Assembly: GCA_048270185.1 (NCBI GenBank)
Contig: JBLWTJ010000001.1
Span: 1,120,001 to 1,184,000 of the forward strand
Source of the DNA: Bacteriovoracaceae bacterium
GTDB taxonomy: Bacteria > Bdellovibrionota > Bacteriovoracia > Bacteriovoracales > Bacteriovoracaceae
Reading direction: 5' to 3'
DNA length: 64,000 bases
How positions within the stretch are numbered: the stretch's first letter is position 1; the number at the start of each line of letters is the position of its first letter. The notes below the pieces were generated by a model. That model did no database searches and was not told where the DNA came from. It worked only from the letters and a program-made list of their open reading frames with translations. This document shows positions 28,263-38,849 of this stretch, piece by piece. The translations under genes and the position numbers were made by a program.

Positions 28263-29396
28263 CTAATATTTTAAATTGAAGTAAATTGGAAAGTGGTCAG
28301 AGTAACCAGCTTTTGCTTTCTTTCTCGCCTTGTGGTCATAGCGCACAGGTGGCATTTGTTTTTTCTTCATCTCTGGTTTGAAACCACGATCTCTAAGCTC
28401 TTCTAAATCATCATCCATAATTTCTGCCGCTTGTGGCTGGCGGATAAAGTCTGGTGCATAGATTCCAAATGATTCAAGCTCCACACTAATTGGGCTCTTT
28501 GTATCAAGCATTGTCTTTGGGACGAAGACACGGTCAAGGTGGTTCCAAACATTTTCACGAGCATAGAAGTAAGTCCCCGGAGGAAGTGCTTCTTTCTTCT
28601 CTTTTGAAATCGACTTTTCGGAACGGAATGTTTTTTCAACATCAACGATTGTTCCGTCTTTTAACAGAACATCTCTCATTGGGTGTTTATTCCCTTCCTT
28701 CTTAAGTTTTGGAATCGTGTTAAAGTCACCAACGGCAACAACTCCGGCCTTTGGATTCTTCTTGATGATTTCATCAATACGAGTTTTAAGAATTGTTGCG
28801 GCCGTTACTCTGGCGTGATCTGGGTTACCTAAACTTGGCCAGTGATTAGCAAATAAGTATAAGTCCTTTCCACCTAGCTTGAATTGAACTTCAAAGATAT
28901 TTCTTGTTGGTCTCTTCTTAAAGTAGTCACCTTTTACAACATGCTCTTGATTGCCTACATACTTCAGGTCTTTTGTTTCATTAAATAGAACCGCAAGATC
29001 AACTCCACGGTAATCAGGAGAATTTGAAGTATAGAATTTCTTATAACCTAGAACCTTTGCAAGTTGTCCAACAACATTGGCATTTTCAATTTCTGAAAGA
29101 ACAAGGATTCCCGGAAGAGCTTTTCTCTCTTTTGTTAGAACTTCTTTAATTTGAGCAAGCTTCATATCAACTTTCTCTTGAGTCCAGTCTGCTTCAAAAC
29201 ATTCTTGGCGTCTATACTTAGAACCAACTTTTGCACAGGCCTCTTTCTTTCCTTTGAAATCTTTTGGCAGGTAACTCCAGTCGTTCTTATCTTTTTCTTT
29301 TTCTGCATCAAAAAGGTTTTCTACGTTGTAAGACATAACTTCGATTGTTGATGCATAAGCAGAAGTTATGAATAAAAATAGAATTAAAAATTTCAT
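28263..29396 (-). CDS. Secreted endonuclease/exonuclease/phosphatase-family protein
   Basis: Signal peptide; YNVENLFD, NHWPS, GDFN, YSDHFP. Confidence 0.9.
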   Translation of the reverse strand: MKFLILFLFITSAYASTIEVMSYNVENLFDAEKEKDKNDWSYLPKDFKGKKEACAKVGSKYRRQECFEADWTQEKVDMKLAQIKEVLTKERKALPGILVLSEIENANVVGQLAKVLGYKKFYTSNSPDYRGVDLAVLFNETKDLKYVGNQEHVVKGDYFKKRPTRNIFEVQFKLGGKDLYLFANHWPSLGNPDHARVTAATILKTRIDEIIKKNPKAGVVAVGDFNTIPKLKKEGNKHPMRDVLLKDGTIVDVEKTFRSEKSISKEKKEALPPGTYFYARENVWNHLDRVFVPKTMLDTKSPISVELESFGIYAPDFIRQPQAAEIMDDDLEELRDRGFKPEMKKKQMPPVRYDHKARKKAKAGYSDHFPIYFNLKY

Positions 29397-29398
29397 AA

Positions 29399-29875
29399 TT
29401 AGTCCAGGTTTTCCTTAATCCAGTTAAGAGTGTCGTCGTGGTGTGACTTCGTTTTTACTTTATCCATTACATACTTTAGGCGTCCGTCTTTTCCAATAAT
29501 AAAAGTCGTTCTGATAACACCCATGTATTCTTTACCCATGAATTTCTTAAGTCCCCACACTCCGTACTTATCCATAATCTTGTGATCAGGATCAGACAGA
29601 AGATCAAAGTTTAGTTTTTGTTTTTCGATGAATTTAACAAGTCTTGCTGGCTCATCTGGAGATACCCCAAGAACCACAGTGTCGGCCTTGGCAAACTCTT
29701 TCTTATAGTCGCGGATTCCACAAGCTTGTACAGTACAACCTGGAGTCATGGCCTTTGGATAGAAATAAAGAACGACGTTCTTCTTTCCTTTAAAGTCTTT
29801 TAGACTTACTTTCTCTTCGTCTTGATTAAGCATTGTAAATGCTGGCGCTAAGTTACCTACTTTTGGAAAACTCAT
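29399..29875 (-). CDS. bcp: Thiol peroxidase Bcp (peroxiredoxin Q)
   Basis: YFYPKAMTPGCTVQAC. Confidence 0.95.
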   Translation of the reverse strand: MSFPKVGNLAPAFTMLNQDEEKVSLKDFKGKKNVVLYFYPKAMTPGCTVQACGIRDYKKEFAKADTVVLGVSPDEPARLVKFIEKQKLNFDLLSDPDHKIMDKYGVWGLKKFMGKEYMGVIRTTFIIGKDGRLKYVMDKVKTKSHHDDTLNWIKENLD

Positions 29876-29895
29876 TCAAACTCCTTAATGATTTT

Positions 29896-30615
29896 TTACC
29901 ACTTATCTCTTTTATGTCTTAATTCCTTAATTCTTTCTTCATCCATTGTCTTTAAAAAGAGATTCACTTTCCTCTCGATTTCAAAATTGGTTTCAAATCC
30001 AATACTTCCCTCAGAGTGGACTCTTTCAAGAAGCTCCTTGGCCTCTTTATTATCAGGATCAATACTTAGAGTAAAATTAAGATTGTGTTCAATATAGTCA
30101 TGGCCAGGCCACAGAACAACCTGATCTTCGATGCGCTTATTTAGCATCGTGATGGTTTTAACAAAGATGTCGAGATTACCACCATTCTTACAATTACCAA
30201 TTCCTGCATTGAAGATGGTATCCATGGTAATGACTTCCACTTGCTTGCCCGACTCAAAGAAGAGAAAGCAAAGATGATCCATGGTATGCCCAGGAGTTGC
30301 GATAACTTCAAACTCTCCCAGCGCGGTTGGAATCTTTTCCCCGTCTTTTAAGATGCGATCAACTTTCTCGTAACTATCTTCGTGCCCCCAAACCTGAGCA
30401 CCGTGCTGGGCCTTAAGTTCGGCCACGCCGGCCACGTGATCGTGGTGTCCATGTGAAAGAAGAATAACAGCGAGTGTACGGCCATGGGCCTTAAGCCAGT
30501 CATTGATTTGATCAGGATAGATCGGATCGACGACTGCGACCTCCGCATTACCAAGCTCAACAAGGTAATTGTAATTTCTAAGAGGCGAATTGGTATAAAT
30601 TTGGTGAACATTCAT
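29896..30615 (-). CDS. gloB: Hydroxyacylglutathione hydrolase (glyoxalase II)
   Basis: NYNYL, SHGHHDHVAG, TPGHT, PGHDY, E.KVN.FL, LR.KRDKW. Confidence 0.8.
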   Translation of the reverse strand: MNVHQIYTNSPLRNYNYLVELGNAEVAVVDPIYPDQINDWLKAHGRTLAVILLSHGHHDHVAGVAELKAQHGAQVWGHEDSYEKVDRILKDGEKIPTALGEFEVIATPGHTMDHLCFLFFESGKQVEVITMDTIFNAGIGNCKNGGNLDIFVKTITMLNKRIEDQVVLWPGHDYIEHNLNFTLSIDPDNKEAKELLERVHSEGSIGFETNFEIERKVNLFLKTMDEERIKELRHKRDKW

Positions 30616-30686
30616 AGGCAAATACCTTTTTTTTTGTCATCATATAGAAACCAAAACAAATATAGAAGTTTAAAAAAAGGAAGCAC

Positions 30687-31946
30687 ATGGTCAATCTATC
30701 GCTTGCATCAAAAATATTTATTTCTGTCCTTTGTATCAAAGGATTAGTTGAGGCCTACCTCGATAAACGCAATATTAAACATATTGGTAAGAATTTTAAT
30801 AAGGTTCCAGAAGAGTTCGCAGATAAGATCACTCTTGAGGATCACCAGAAAGCGGCTCGCTACTCAATGGAGAAGCTCAACAAGGGCCAACTCTTTAATT
30901 TCGTGGGATACGTGATTCTTGTTATCTGGACGCTTGGTGGCGGACTAGATGCGTTAAATAAATCAATCCTAACTCTAGGCTATCCTCCACTATTAACAGG
31001 GACAATCTTCATTCTAGCCTTCAGTATGATTAACTCAATCTTAGGCCTTCCTGAATCTCTTTATAAGACTTTCGTTATCGAAGAGAAGTATGGATTTAAT
31101 AAGACAACTCTTAAGACTTTCTTTGCGGATATGATTAAGGGTGGAATCTTAGGGTTAATCATAGGAACTCCACTTATTTATGGAATCCTTTGGATCATGG
31201 AATCTCTTGGCCAGTACTGGTGGGCATACGCTTGGGCATTTCTATCAGCATTCCAACTACTTCTAATGTGGGTTTATCCAACTTTCATTGCACCAATCTT
31301 TAATAAGTTCACTGAACTTGAAGAAGGTGAAGTGAAAAGCCGTATCCTTGATCTTTTAAAGCGTATTGATTTTGAAAGTAACGGGCTATTTGTCATGGAT
31401 GCCTCAAGAAGAAGCGGACACGGAAATGCTTACTTCACAGGTTTTGGAAAGAGCAAGAGAATCGTCTTCTTTGATACTCTTATCAATACTCTTTCAGCGA
31501 CAGAAGTTGAGGCCGTCCTGGCACATGAGCTTGGTCACTTTAAGAGAAAGCATATCCTTAAGATGATGGTTAAGGCCTTCGTCTTTAGCTTCATTGGCTT
31601 ATTTATTCTTGGGCAATTGATGCAGACGACTTGGTTCTTTGAAATGCACGGAGTTCACTCAAGTGAAACTTATATGGCCCTAACTCTATTTATCTTAGTT
31701 AGTGGCATCTATACTTTCTTTATTACACCTATTTCATCTTGGAGCTCAAGAAAGTATGAATTTGAAGCTGATGAGTTTGCTTCAATCCACTCTAACCCAC
31801 AAGAGCTTATTAATGCTCTTGTTAAGATGTATAAGGACAATGCGAGCACCCTAACTCCAGACCCACTATACAGCTCTTTCTACCACTCTCACCCGCCAGC
31901 ACTAACAAGAGTGAAGTTCTTAGAAACATTTATTAAATCGAATTAA
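30687..31946 (+). CDS. M48 (Ste24-like) membrane zinc metallopeptidase
   Basis: Multiple TMs; NAYFTG, AHELGH, EFEAD, SHP. Confidence 0.95.
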   Translation: MVNLSLASKIFISVLCIKGLVEAYLDKRNIKHIGKNFNKVPEEFADKITLEDHQKAARYSMEKLNKGQLFNFVGYVILVIWTLGGGLDALNKSILTLGYPPLLTGTIFILAFSMINSILGLPESLYKTFVIEEKYGFNKTTLKTFFADMIKGGILGLIIGTPLIYGILWIMESLGQYWWAYAWAFLSAFQLLLMWVYPTFIAPIFNKFTELEEGEVKSRILDLLKRIDFESNGLFVMDASRRSGHGNAYFTGFGKSKRIVFFDTLINTLSATEVEAVLAHELGHFKRKHILKMMVKAFVFSFIGLFILGQLMQTTWFFEMHGVHSSETYMALTLFILVSGIYTFFITPISSWSSRKYEFEADEFASIHSNPQELINALVKMYKDNASTLTPDPLYSSFYHSHPPALTRVKFLETFIKSN

Positions 31947-31953
31947 AATACTC

Positions 31954-31985
31954 AGGGTAAGTTTGGCACTAGTTGAACTTACCCT
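31954..31985 (+). terminator. Hairpin after the M48 gene
   Basis: agggtaagtt-N12-aacttaccct inverted repeat. Confidence 0.5.
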
Positions 31986-32116
31986 TTAAATATTCTCAGT
32001 AAGAATCACCTAACTTTCTTACATATTAAAAAAATCTCATTCCCTTAAAAATAAAAAATTGTCGAAAGTGTTACAAAAAAATATTCTAGAAATAATTTAG
32101 AGATGAGGATTGATAT

Positions 32117-32260
32117 ATGAAATGGTTTTTAGCACTAGCTATTATCTTTTGTGTGAGCGTAAGTACAACTGTACAGGCCGAGAAATTAAAGAGTATTCCT
32201 GTTGAAGATCAAGGTCCTGGAAAAGGTGGAAAGAATAGTGATAAGGGTGGAAAGAAGTAA
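32117..32260 (+). CDS. Small secreted Gly/Lys-rich peptide (47 aa)
   Basis: GAGGA RBS; MKWFLALAIIFCVSVSTTVQA|EKLKSIPVEDQGPGKGGKNSDKGGKK; not in the ORF track. Confidence 0.65.
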   Translation: MKWFLALAIIFCVSVSTTVQAEKLKSIPVEDQGPGKGGKNSDKGGKK

Positions 32261-32267
32261 GCAAGGC

Positions 32268-32732
32268 TTACTTTACTGATTTCGCTTTATCTAAGATCTT
32301 TTCAATATCTGCGAATTCTTTGATGACTTTCTTCATTTGAAGAAGATACTTCTTAGATTGTGGACTTTGCTTGTGGATGGCATGAATATACTTATTCATC
32401 TCACCTTCTAACATTCTTGCTTCAGAAACAAAGAGAGCAATTAACTTCACCTGTGCTTCAAGCACATCAACTTCTGTATTCATCTTTGCTAGATTTAAAA
32501 TTTGTGTATGAGTCGCCTCCCCAACTGTCGAGTTAGGAATTGAAGGATTGCTGATTTCATCATCACTAGATGTCTCACCTAGTTTTGAGAGATCAACATT
32601 CTTAATCTGCTTTGTAATTGAAAACTCAAGAACATTGCTGCAATTTTCAGCATCGGCAGAAGCCTGCACTTCATTAACTTGTGCAGCTGACGAATTCTCG
32701 ATGTTTTCGTTAATTTTCTTGGCAGTACTCAA
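32268..32732 (-). CDS. Hypothetical protein (low-complexity N-terminus, helical C-terminus)
   Basis: GAGGA RBS before TTG; 154 aa. Confidence 0.65.
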   Translation of the reverse strand: MSTAKKINENIENSSAAQVNEVQASADAENCSNVLEFSITKQIKNVDLSKLGETSSDDEISNPSIPNSTVGEATHTQILNLAKMNTEVDVLEAQVKLIALFVSEARMLEGEMNKYIHAIHKQSPQSKKYLLQMKKVIKEFADIEKILDKAKSVK

Positions 32733-33120
32733 AATATCCTCACATAAAGTCTTATTTAATTATCGACTTAATTCTAATAAAACTTTAACGTGATTTTAGT
32801 TAGGCTCATAATGAAATCAGGCGTTTGTCCCAACTAAATAGAGAATATTTTCTTAGTAAATTAACTACCTTTAGAAGGTATTAAAATCACATAAGGCCAT
32901 TTCGTGAACTCAATTAGTTATAAATATTGGTTAGATAATAAACTAAACAAGCCTTCTCTCAAAAATATAGTTAAAATGTAAACCGCTTTTGAAAAACCGC
33001 CTATATTCTGTGTTTTGACACTTTAGACACTGTCAAACTTAACTCTTGACCAAGATCTTTTCCTACAGCAGAAATTTTGCTAAATTCTTCTCTAATATTT
33101 ACATTCTTGTAAGGTACGCC

Positions 33121-33786
33121 ATGAAAAAACCAATAGCCGTCATCGATTGTTCTGTTGAATCCCCTTCATATAATTGTATGAATCAAATGATTCAAAGCTT
33201 TAATCGACCTATTACCTACCACTGGGTTTCAAAATTTGGATGCCAGTCTCTCGATAAAATCGAAGAGGCAGCAGGTTATATTATCTTTGGTTCAGATAGT
33301 AATGTTTATCAAAGACTTGACTGGCAAGTGGATCTAGCAAAACGTATGAAGGCCAAAATGGAAGCCGGAATTCCTGTTCTAGGTATTTGCTTTGGTCACC
33401 AATTAATTGCTGATATCTTTGGTTCAAAAGTTGATATGGTCACAAAGAATAACGACCTCTTTGAAGGAACAAGAAAGACCACGATCTTAGAAGATAAATT
33501 TGGTTTTCAAAAAGGTGAAGAATTCGAGTTATTCATCACTCATCATTATGAAGTCAAAGATCTACCAAAAGGTTTTGTCCACCTTTCAACTTCTAACGAC
33601 TGTTTTCTTGATGGATTGGCCCATGAGAGTTTGCCTTTCTTTAGCTTTCAAGGACACCCTGAAGCCTCAATGGACTTTGTGACTAATCATATTGATCGCA
33701 AACTAACAGATATTGAGCTCTCAGCAGGATCTGCTGGAGGCCAAAAAGTTATTAAGAATTTTATCGACTACGTTGACAGTATTTAA
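33121..33786 (+). CDS. Class I glutamine amidotransferase
   Basis: PVLGICFGHQL, QGHPE; start moved to MKKPIAVID. Confidence 0.9.
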   Translation: MKKPIAVIDCSVESPSYNCMNQMIQSFNRPITYHWVSKFGCQSLDKIEEAAGYIIFGSDSNVYQRLDWQVDLAKRMKAKMEAGIPVLGICFGHQLIADIFGSKVDMVTKNNDLFEGTRKTTILEDKFGFQKGEEFELFITHHYEVKDLPKGFVHLSTSNDCFLDGLAHESLPFFSFQGHPEASMDFVTNHIDRKLTDIELSAGSAGGQKVIKNFIDYVDSI

Positions 33787-33789
33787 AGA

Positions 33790-34641
33790 CTAGAAAATAA
33801 GACTCTTGATAAGTTCCCTTAAATAATCAAAGTAAGGCTTACGATACTTTTCAATCTCTTTGTAGATTTCATGACGTGAGCCTTCGATAACCTTAACAGT
33901 AAAACTTGTATCAACTTCACTCAAGTAGCGCTCAATCTCTGGAACAGAAACAAGTGTATCAGCACTTCCATAGGAGATATACTTTTCAATATCATTATTA
34001 ATTGGACGAGAGAAGACTTTCTTAGCGCAAGAGACCATTTCAAGTAGTAATTTTGTATGAAGCTTCATGTGATTTAATGGATCATTCTGATACTCTTCGA
34101 TCTCGACACTACTATGAGAGAGTGTATTTACATCAACAAGCCCGCCAATTGGTACAGACATTTTAATACTAGCTAGTTTTTTAAAGATTGCACCTTTCAC
34201 TTTATTCACGACGGCCGCTAGTGGACCACCAACTCCTACTGGTGGAGCATTAACAATCATGGCACGAGGTGCGAAGTCACTCTTTACATAATTTTGAGTA
34301 AAGCCACATGTGATGAGTCCACCCATCGAGTGGCCATAGAGAATGTAATTCTCAACCTTATAATTTTCTCTTAAGTACTTGAGACAATCTTCGAGGTCCT
34401 CCATGAATTGATCAAATGGATCAATATAGGCTTTCTCTCCTCCTGATCGGCCATGCCCTCTTAGATCGTATTGAAAGACATTGATATCAAAACCAAAGAT
34501 TTCTTGCAGGTATTTATGTCGACCTAAATGCTCACCTATTCCATGAGTTCCGATGATCCAGTACTTTGCACCATGTTCGACGACTTCAGTGTATAGCTTA
34601 ACTCCGTCACGCATTGGAATGGCACGTTTAATTGACTCCAT
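33790..34641 (-). CDS. Alpha/beta hydrolase (lysophospholipase-like)
   Basis: HGIGEH, DLRGHGRS, GHSMGG, RHE. Confidence 0.9.
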   Translation of the reverse strand: MESIKRAIPMRDGVKLYTEVVEHGAKYWIIGTHGIGEHLGRHKYLQEIFGFDINVFQYDLRGHGRSGGEKAYIDPFDQFMEDLEDCLKYLRENYKVENYILYGHSMGGLITCGFTQNYVKSDFAPRAMIVNAPPVGVGGPLAAVVNKVKGAIFKKLASIKMSVPIGGLVDVNTLSHSSVEIEEYQNDPLNHMKLHTKLLLEMVSCAKKVFSRPINNDIEKYISYGSADTLVSVPEIERYLSEVDTSFTVKVIEGSRHEIYKEIEKYRKPYFDYLRELIKSLIF

Positions 34642-34703
34642 AATTTACCCTTTAAAAATATTTATTTAGCTCTTATAATTATACTTAAAATTAAGGAAAA
34701 GTA

Positions 34704-35072
34704 ATGTTTTGTCCAAAATGCTTAAATAATAGTGTACATGTAAAAGAAAAAGGCGTCATTCAGATCTTAGTGAATGGCCGTCAAAAAGATACAGGCCGTT
34801 TTCTCTATAACCTAGAGGACAAACAAAATATCACTCAACAAATCTCTGAGAAAATTCTTGAGCACTTCAAATGGATGGCCTCTTTTCAAAACCCTAAACC
34901 AGTCGAGCATCTTAATGTCATTACTCCAGATGCTGTTTGTGACAACGGCTGCGCTCTTCCTCTGGCCCAAAAATTCTCGGTTGTTGATTACTTAATTTCA
35001 ACAAAAGACCTCAAGTCCATGGCCGTTGTTCACGCTAAGGAGTGTGAGCTTGAGCTCGACTTAGAATTCTAA
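34704..35072 (+). CDS. Hypothetical Cys-motif (putative Zn-binding) protein
   Basis: N-terminal CPKC plus CDNGC; AAGGA RBS. Confidence 0.6.
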   Translation: MFCPKCLNNSVHVKEKGVIQILVNGRQKDTGRFLYNLEDKQNITQQISEKILEHFKWMASFQNPKPVEHLNVITPDAVCDNGCALPLAQKFSVVDYLISTKDLKSMAVVHAKECELELDLEF

Positions 35073-35858
35073 GTTTAAGAAGTAGCCACCATGCTTTCTC
35101 ATATTTACAACACCTGTATCTAAGATAAGATATTGTCCTTTAATTCCCATTAGAGTTCCTTCGATAATAGGATTCTTATCAAAGCCTAATGATTTAACTT
35201 TAGTAGGATATTCAATAACTGGATATTTAATTTCTGTGATCTCTTCTTCAATATCATCAAGCCCAAAGCTATCAATTATATCTGCATAGTCATCATAGAT
35301 TTGATCACGAAGCATCTCAAGATCTTCATCTGCAACTTCATTCATAAGCATCTTTCGCCAATTCGTTTTATCTGAAAAACTCTTTGCAATTTCAACTTCG
35401 ATTTCACCAGAAGTCTTACGATCGGGAACTTCTAAAATAGGAAGAGCATAACTTGCTCCTTGATCAATCCATCGAGTTGGGACTTGAGTGTGGCGTGTAA
35501 TCCCAATTTTTACGTGACTTGATACGGCCAGATAAACAAAGTGAGGAATCATACAATTCTCTTCACCCCACTCTGGTTCACGACATGTCCCTTTATGAAA
35601 ATGACAAAGCTCAGGCTTCACTATACAAGTATCACATTGAGCAAGTGTAATCATTTCCTTATACGAATAACCCTGAGAATAAGATTTCTTAATTAACTCA
35701 CCTGAATAGACTGAGTTAATCTGACCATCAAATGAAAGCTTTATCTTCTTTTCAATTAACTCATTCATATCGACAAGAGTTTCTCCCATCGGAAGTTGGT
35801 AATGGGCAAGCCCATCAACAAGAGAAGTCTTCATCTTTTTAATATTTCCACTAATCAT
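35061..35858 (-). CDS. DUF2797-domain protein
   Basis: CIVKPELCH...GTCREP.W, KIGITR, RW.DQGA, GIKGQYL. Confidence 0.85.
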   Translation of the reverse strand: MISGNIKKMKTSLVDGLAHYQLPMGETLVDMNELIEKKIKLSFDGQINSVYSGELIKKSYSQGYSYKEMITLAQCDTCIVKPELCHFHKGTCREPEWGEENCMIPHFVYLAVSSHVKIGITRHTQVPTRWIDQGASYALPILEVPDRKTSGEIEVEIAKSFSDKTNWRKMLMNEVADEDLEMLRDQIYDDYADIIDSFGLDDIEEEITEIKYPVIEYPTKVKSLGFDKNPIIEGTLMGIKGQYLILDTGVVNMRKHGGYFLNLEF

Positions 35859-35861
35859 TTT

Positions 35862-36539
35862 CTACTTCTCCAGAAATTTTTGTAATTTTTGAATAATAGG
35901 CATTGGAATCTCATGCCCTCCTTGAAATGAATGAAATTCATACTCATCAACTTTCTCAAGATATGTTTTTAACTTCTCACATAGGAAGAATGGAAGAACA
36001 GGATCTCCTACGCCATGGGATTGAAAAATTGGAATATGGCGAATACTTTTAAAGTGATTTGCAATATAGTCTTCATCAAAGAGCGTTGATGAAAGTAAGA
36101 ATAATCTCTCGACTAGTTCCGGCTCTTCAAGGGCCATTGATAAACTCATCATCGAACCTTGGGAAAAACCTCCCAAGTAAATATTAGATGAATTCTTTTT
36201 TATTTCCTTAACTAAATGGATAAGACGAGTTGTCATATCTTCAATTCCATCTGGTTTAGAGTGAGTGAAGAAATCTTCAATACGACCTTCTAGTTGTGCC
36301 TGTTGTAATCCCATCATATCAATTGGAAACCATGCACTTCCTCTCATCCCCATACCAATATCAACTTTTAAAGGGCCATCCACGAAGTACCAATTATACT
36401 CGTCTTTAGGATCAAGATATTGATACAGAGGAGCTAAGTCTTGAAAACTTGCGCCATATCCATGAAGAACAACGACTGACTTATCAGTGCTTCCCTCTTG
36501 GAAAAGAATATCAAAATCATTTATTCGCGTAACTCTCAT
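35862..36539 (-). CDS. Phospholipase/carboxylesterase
   Basis: LHGYG, GGFSQG, HG..DPV, GGHEI. Confidence 0.9.
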   Translation of the reverse strand: MRVTRINDFDILFQEGSTDKSVVVLHGYGASFQDLAPLYQYLDPKDEYNWYFVDGPLKVDIGMGMRGSAWFPIDMMGLQQAQLEGRIEDFFTHSKPDGIEDMTTRLIHLVKEIKKNSSNIYLGGFSQGSMMSLSMALEEPELVERLFLLSSTLFDEDYIANHFKSIRHIPIFQSHGVGDPVLPFFLCEKLKTYLEKVDEYEFHSFQGGHEIPMPIIQKLQKFLEK

Positions 36540-37186
36540 TTCTTCGTCTCAACTTTTGTTTTTCGATTAGGGTAAACATGGCGACAGATTGGACACTCTA
36601 AACCAAAGCATGATCTAGCTTTACAATACTCACGGCCATAAAAAATAATTTGTAAGTGTAGCTTATTCCAAAGTTCTCTAGGAAAGAGCTTCTTGCAATC
36701 CGCTTCCGTTTGTTCAACATTCTTTCCTTTCGTCAGGCCCCATCTCTGAGCAAGACGATGAATATGAGTATCAACAGGAAATGCTGGAACATCAAAGGCC
36801 TGGGCCATAACTACTGATGCAGTCTTATGGCCTACACCAGGTAGCTCCTCTAATTCTTCAAAACTTGCTGGCACTTCGCCGCCGTGCTTATTAACTAGGA
36901 TACGGCTTAAGTCATAAATGGCCTTAGACTTTCTTGGTGATAGTCCACAAGGCTTTATGATCTCTTTTATTTCTTCTTGAGAAAGTTTCATCATATCCGC
37001 TGCATTATCAGCAAGCTTAAACAGTGCCGGCGTCACTTGGTTAACACGTTCATCTGTACACTGGGCCGATAATAAAACCGCAATTAAAAGGGTAAATTCA
37101 TTAGTATGATCAAGAGGCACAGGAGTCTCTGGATAAAGATCCTCTAAGGCCTCGACAATATAGTCAGCTCTTTCTTGTTTTAACAT
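36536..37186 (-). CDS. nth: Endonuclease III
   Basis: LLSAQCTD, LPGVG.KTA HhH, VDTH, Cys cluster. Confidence 0.95.
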   Translation of the reverse strand: MLKQERADYIVEALEDLYPETPVPLDHTNEFTLLIAVLLSAQCTDERVNQVTPALFKLADNAADMMKLSQEEIKEIIKPCGLSPRKSKAIYDLSRILVNKHGGEVPASFEELEELPGVGHKTASVVMAQAFDVPAFPVDTHIHRLAQRWGLTKGKNVEQTEADCKKLFPRELWNKLHLQIIFYGREYCKARSCFGLECPICRHVYPNRKTKVETKK

Positions 37187-37272
37187 TCTATTCCTAATTC
37201 AATATTCATTTGTATTTATTTGAACCACAAAAATTTAGCAAATTATCCATGAAAATGCTAAAATAACGCATA

Positions 37273-37500
37273 ATGAGATTTATATTCATCAAATTAATTC
37301 GCTTCTATCAACTGGCAATTTCTCCATTTCTCGGCAGTAATTGTCGCTATACGCCAACATGCTCACAATATGGCATCGAAGCATTTAAAACCTTACCGCT
37401 ACACATCGCAATATGGAAGACCATAACGAGAATCCTGCGTTGTCATCCATGGGCCAAGGGCGGATATGATCCCGTGACCAAAAAGGACTGTTGTAAATGA
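37273..37500 (+). CDS. yidD: Membrane protein insertion efficiency factor
   Basis: [27 protein letters not shown]. Confidence 0.95.
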   Translation: MRFIFIKLIRFYQLAISPFLGSNCRYTPTCSQYGIEAFKTLPLHIAIWKTITRILRCHPWAKGGYDPVTKKDCCK

Positions 37501-38849
37501 GATTCATTACCCTACTTTTATTATTTGCAGGATTTAACACACTTGCCCAAACAAATATTGAAAACCTAAAAAAGAAATTCCTATCTAGTGGCGACACTCT
37601 TAGCTACTACTTAAAAGATCAACAAGGAAATATAAGAGCATATAATCCGGATGAGGCCCTCATTCCGGCTTCTGTCTTTAAGATTTACTCGGCTTACTAT
37701 ATTCTTAAGAAATTAGGAACTGACTTTCGCTTTAAAACAAGCCTTGCCTATAACGGTAGTATCAAAAATGGAAAGCTCATTGGAGACTTAGTTCTTGAGA
37801 CAAGCGGCGATCCTTATCTTTTAACGGCCCAGGCCCTCGACCTTGTGGAATCTCTCAGAGAGTTTGGGATCAAAGAAGTAACAGGCAACCTTATCATTGT
37901 TAATGACTTTGTCGATATCGTTCGTATAGGTAATGTAGGACTTGAAGATCAACCCTACAATCAATCAATTTCAGGGTTTAACTTAAATTTTAATCGCTTT
38001 AAATCTGTCGGCCGTACAAATCGAGAAATCTTTCCAATCCATGATGGACTTAAAACTCAAGAGAGCAAATCTTCACTGGGCCCAGGCCTAGTATTCAAGA
38101 ATAACCCAAATTCAACAATTGAAGATTGGACATACGCAAAGAAATCTCAAGACTATTATCTTGAAGTACCTCTAAGAAACTCTCTCGTCTTTAATGCAAA
38201 TTATTTTAGAAATTTTCTAAATGGATACGGAGTCAGTACAAGTGGAATTGTATTCAAAAATAAAGCACAAAGAACGAAGTTAATTAATTCAGTCTACTCG
38301 CCAAACTCACTTGATCTTGTAAAGCTTGCACTTGAATATTCAAATAATCTCTTTATTGAAACTCTTGTTTTAAAAGCTTCTGGACGAAAGAGCTTAAAAG
38401 AAGCTGCAGCATTTATGGCCAAGGATTTAAAGATTAAATATAGTGGAGAACTAGAAAACTCATCAGGCCTTAGTGTAGAATTAAAACTTAAAGCAAAGGA
38501 TATCGTTGAGTTTATCGAAACGCACGCATATAAGAAATTTGCTCACCACTACTTCATTAATCTTTTTTCAATAACTGGACATAGCGGGTCTTTATACAAG
38601 AAGTATTTAACAAAACAAGGTTTTGAAAAATATCGCTACAAAACGGGAAGTGTGGACTTCGTTTACAATATCTGTGGACGAAGCTTTGAGAAGAATCAAA
38701 AAACTTTCTGTGTGATGATTAATAATCCAAAAAAGAGAAAGCTTCTAATGGGTAAAAACTCTGTTAAAAATGAAAAACTAAGGCAAGATGCTAAGGCTTG
38801 GCGCCGTAGTATGGAACGTTTTAGTGAACTTCTTTTACAAGAACTCTAG
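37497..38849 (+). CDS. dacB: D-Ala-D-Ala carboxypeptidase/endopeptidase (PBP4, S13)
   Basis: Signal peptide; PASVFK (SxxK), GDP, SNN, SGLS, KTGS. Confidence 0.85.
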   Translation: MRFITLLLLFAGFNTLAQTNIENLKKKFLSSGDTLSYYLKDQQGNIRAYNPDEALIPASVFKIYSAYYILKKLGTDFRFKTSLAYNGSIKNGKLIGDLVLETSGDPYLLTAQALDLVESLREFGIKEVTGNLIIVNDFVDIVRIGNVGLEDQPYNQSISGFNLNFNRFKSVGRTNREIFPIHDGLKTQESKSSLGPGLVFKNNPNSTIEDWTYAKKSQDYYLEVPLRNSLVFNANYFRNFLNGYGVSTSGIVFKNKAQRTKLINSVYSPNSLDLVKLALEYSNNLFIETLVLKASGRKSLKEAAAFMAKDLKIKYSGELENSSGLSVELKLKAKDIVEFIETHAYKKFAHHYFINLFSITGHSGSLYKKYLTKQGFEKYRYKTGSVDFVYNICGRSFEKNQKTFCVMINNPKKRKLLMGKNSVKNEKLRQDAKAWRRSMERFSELLLQEL

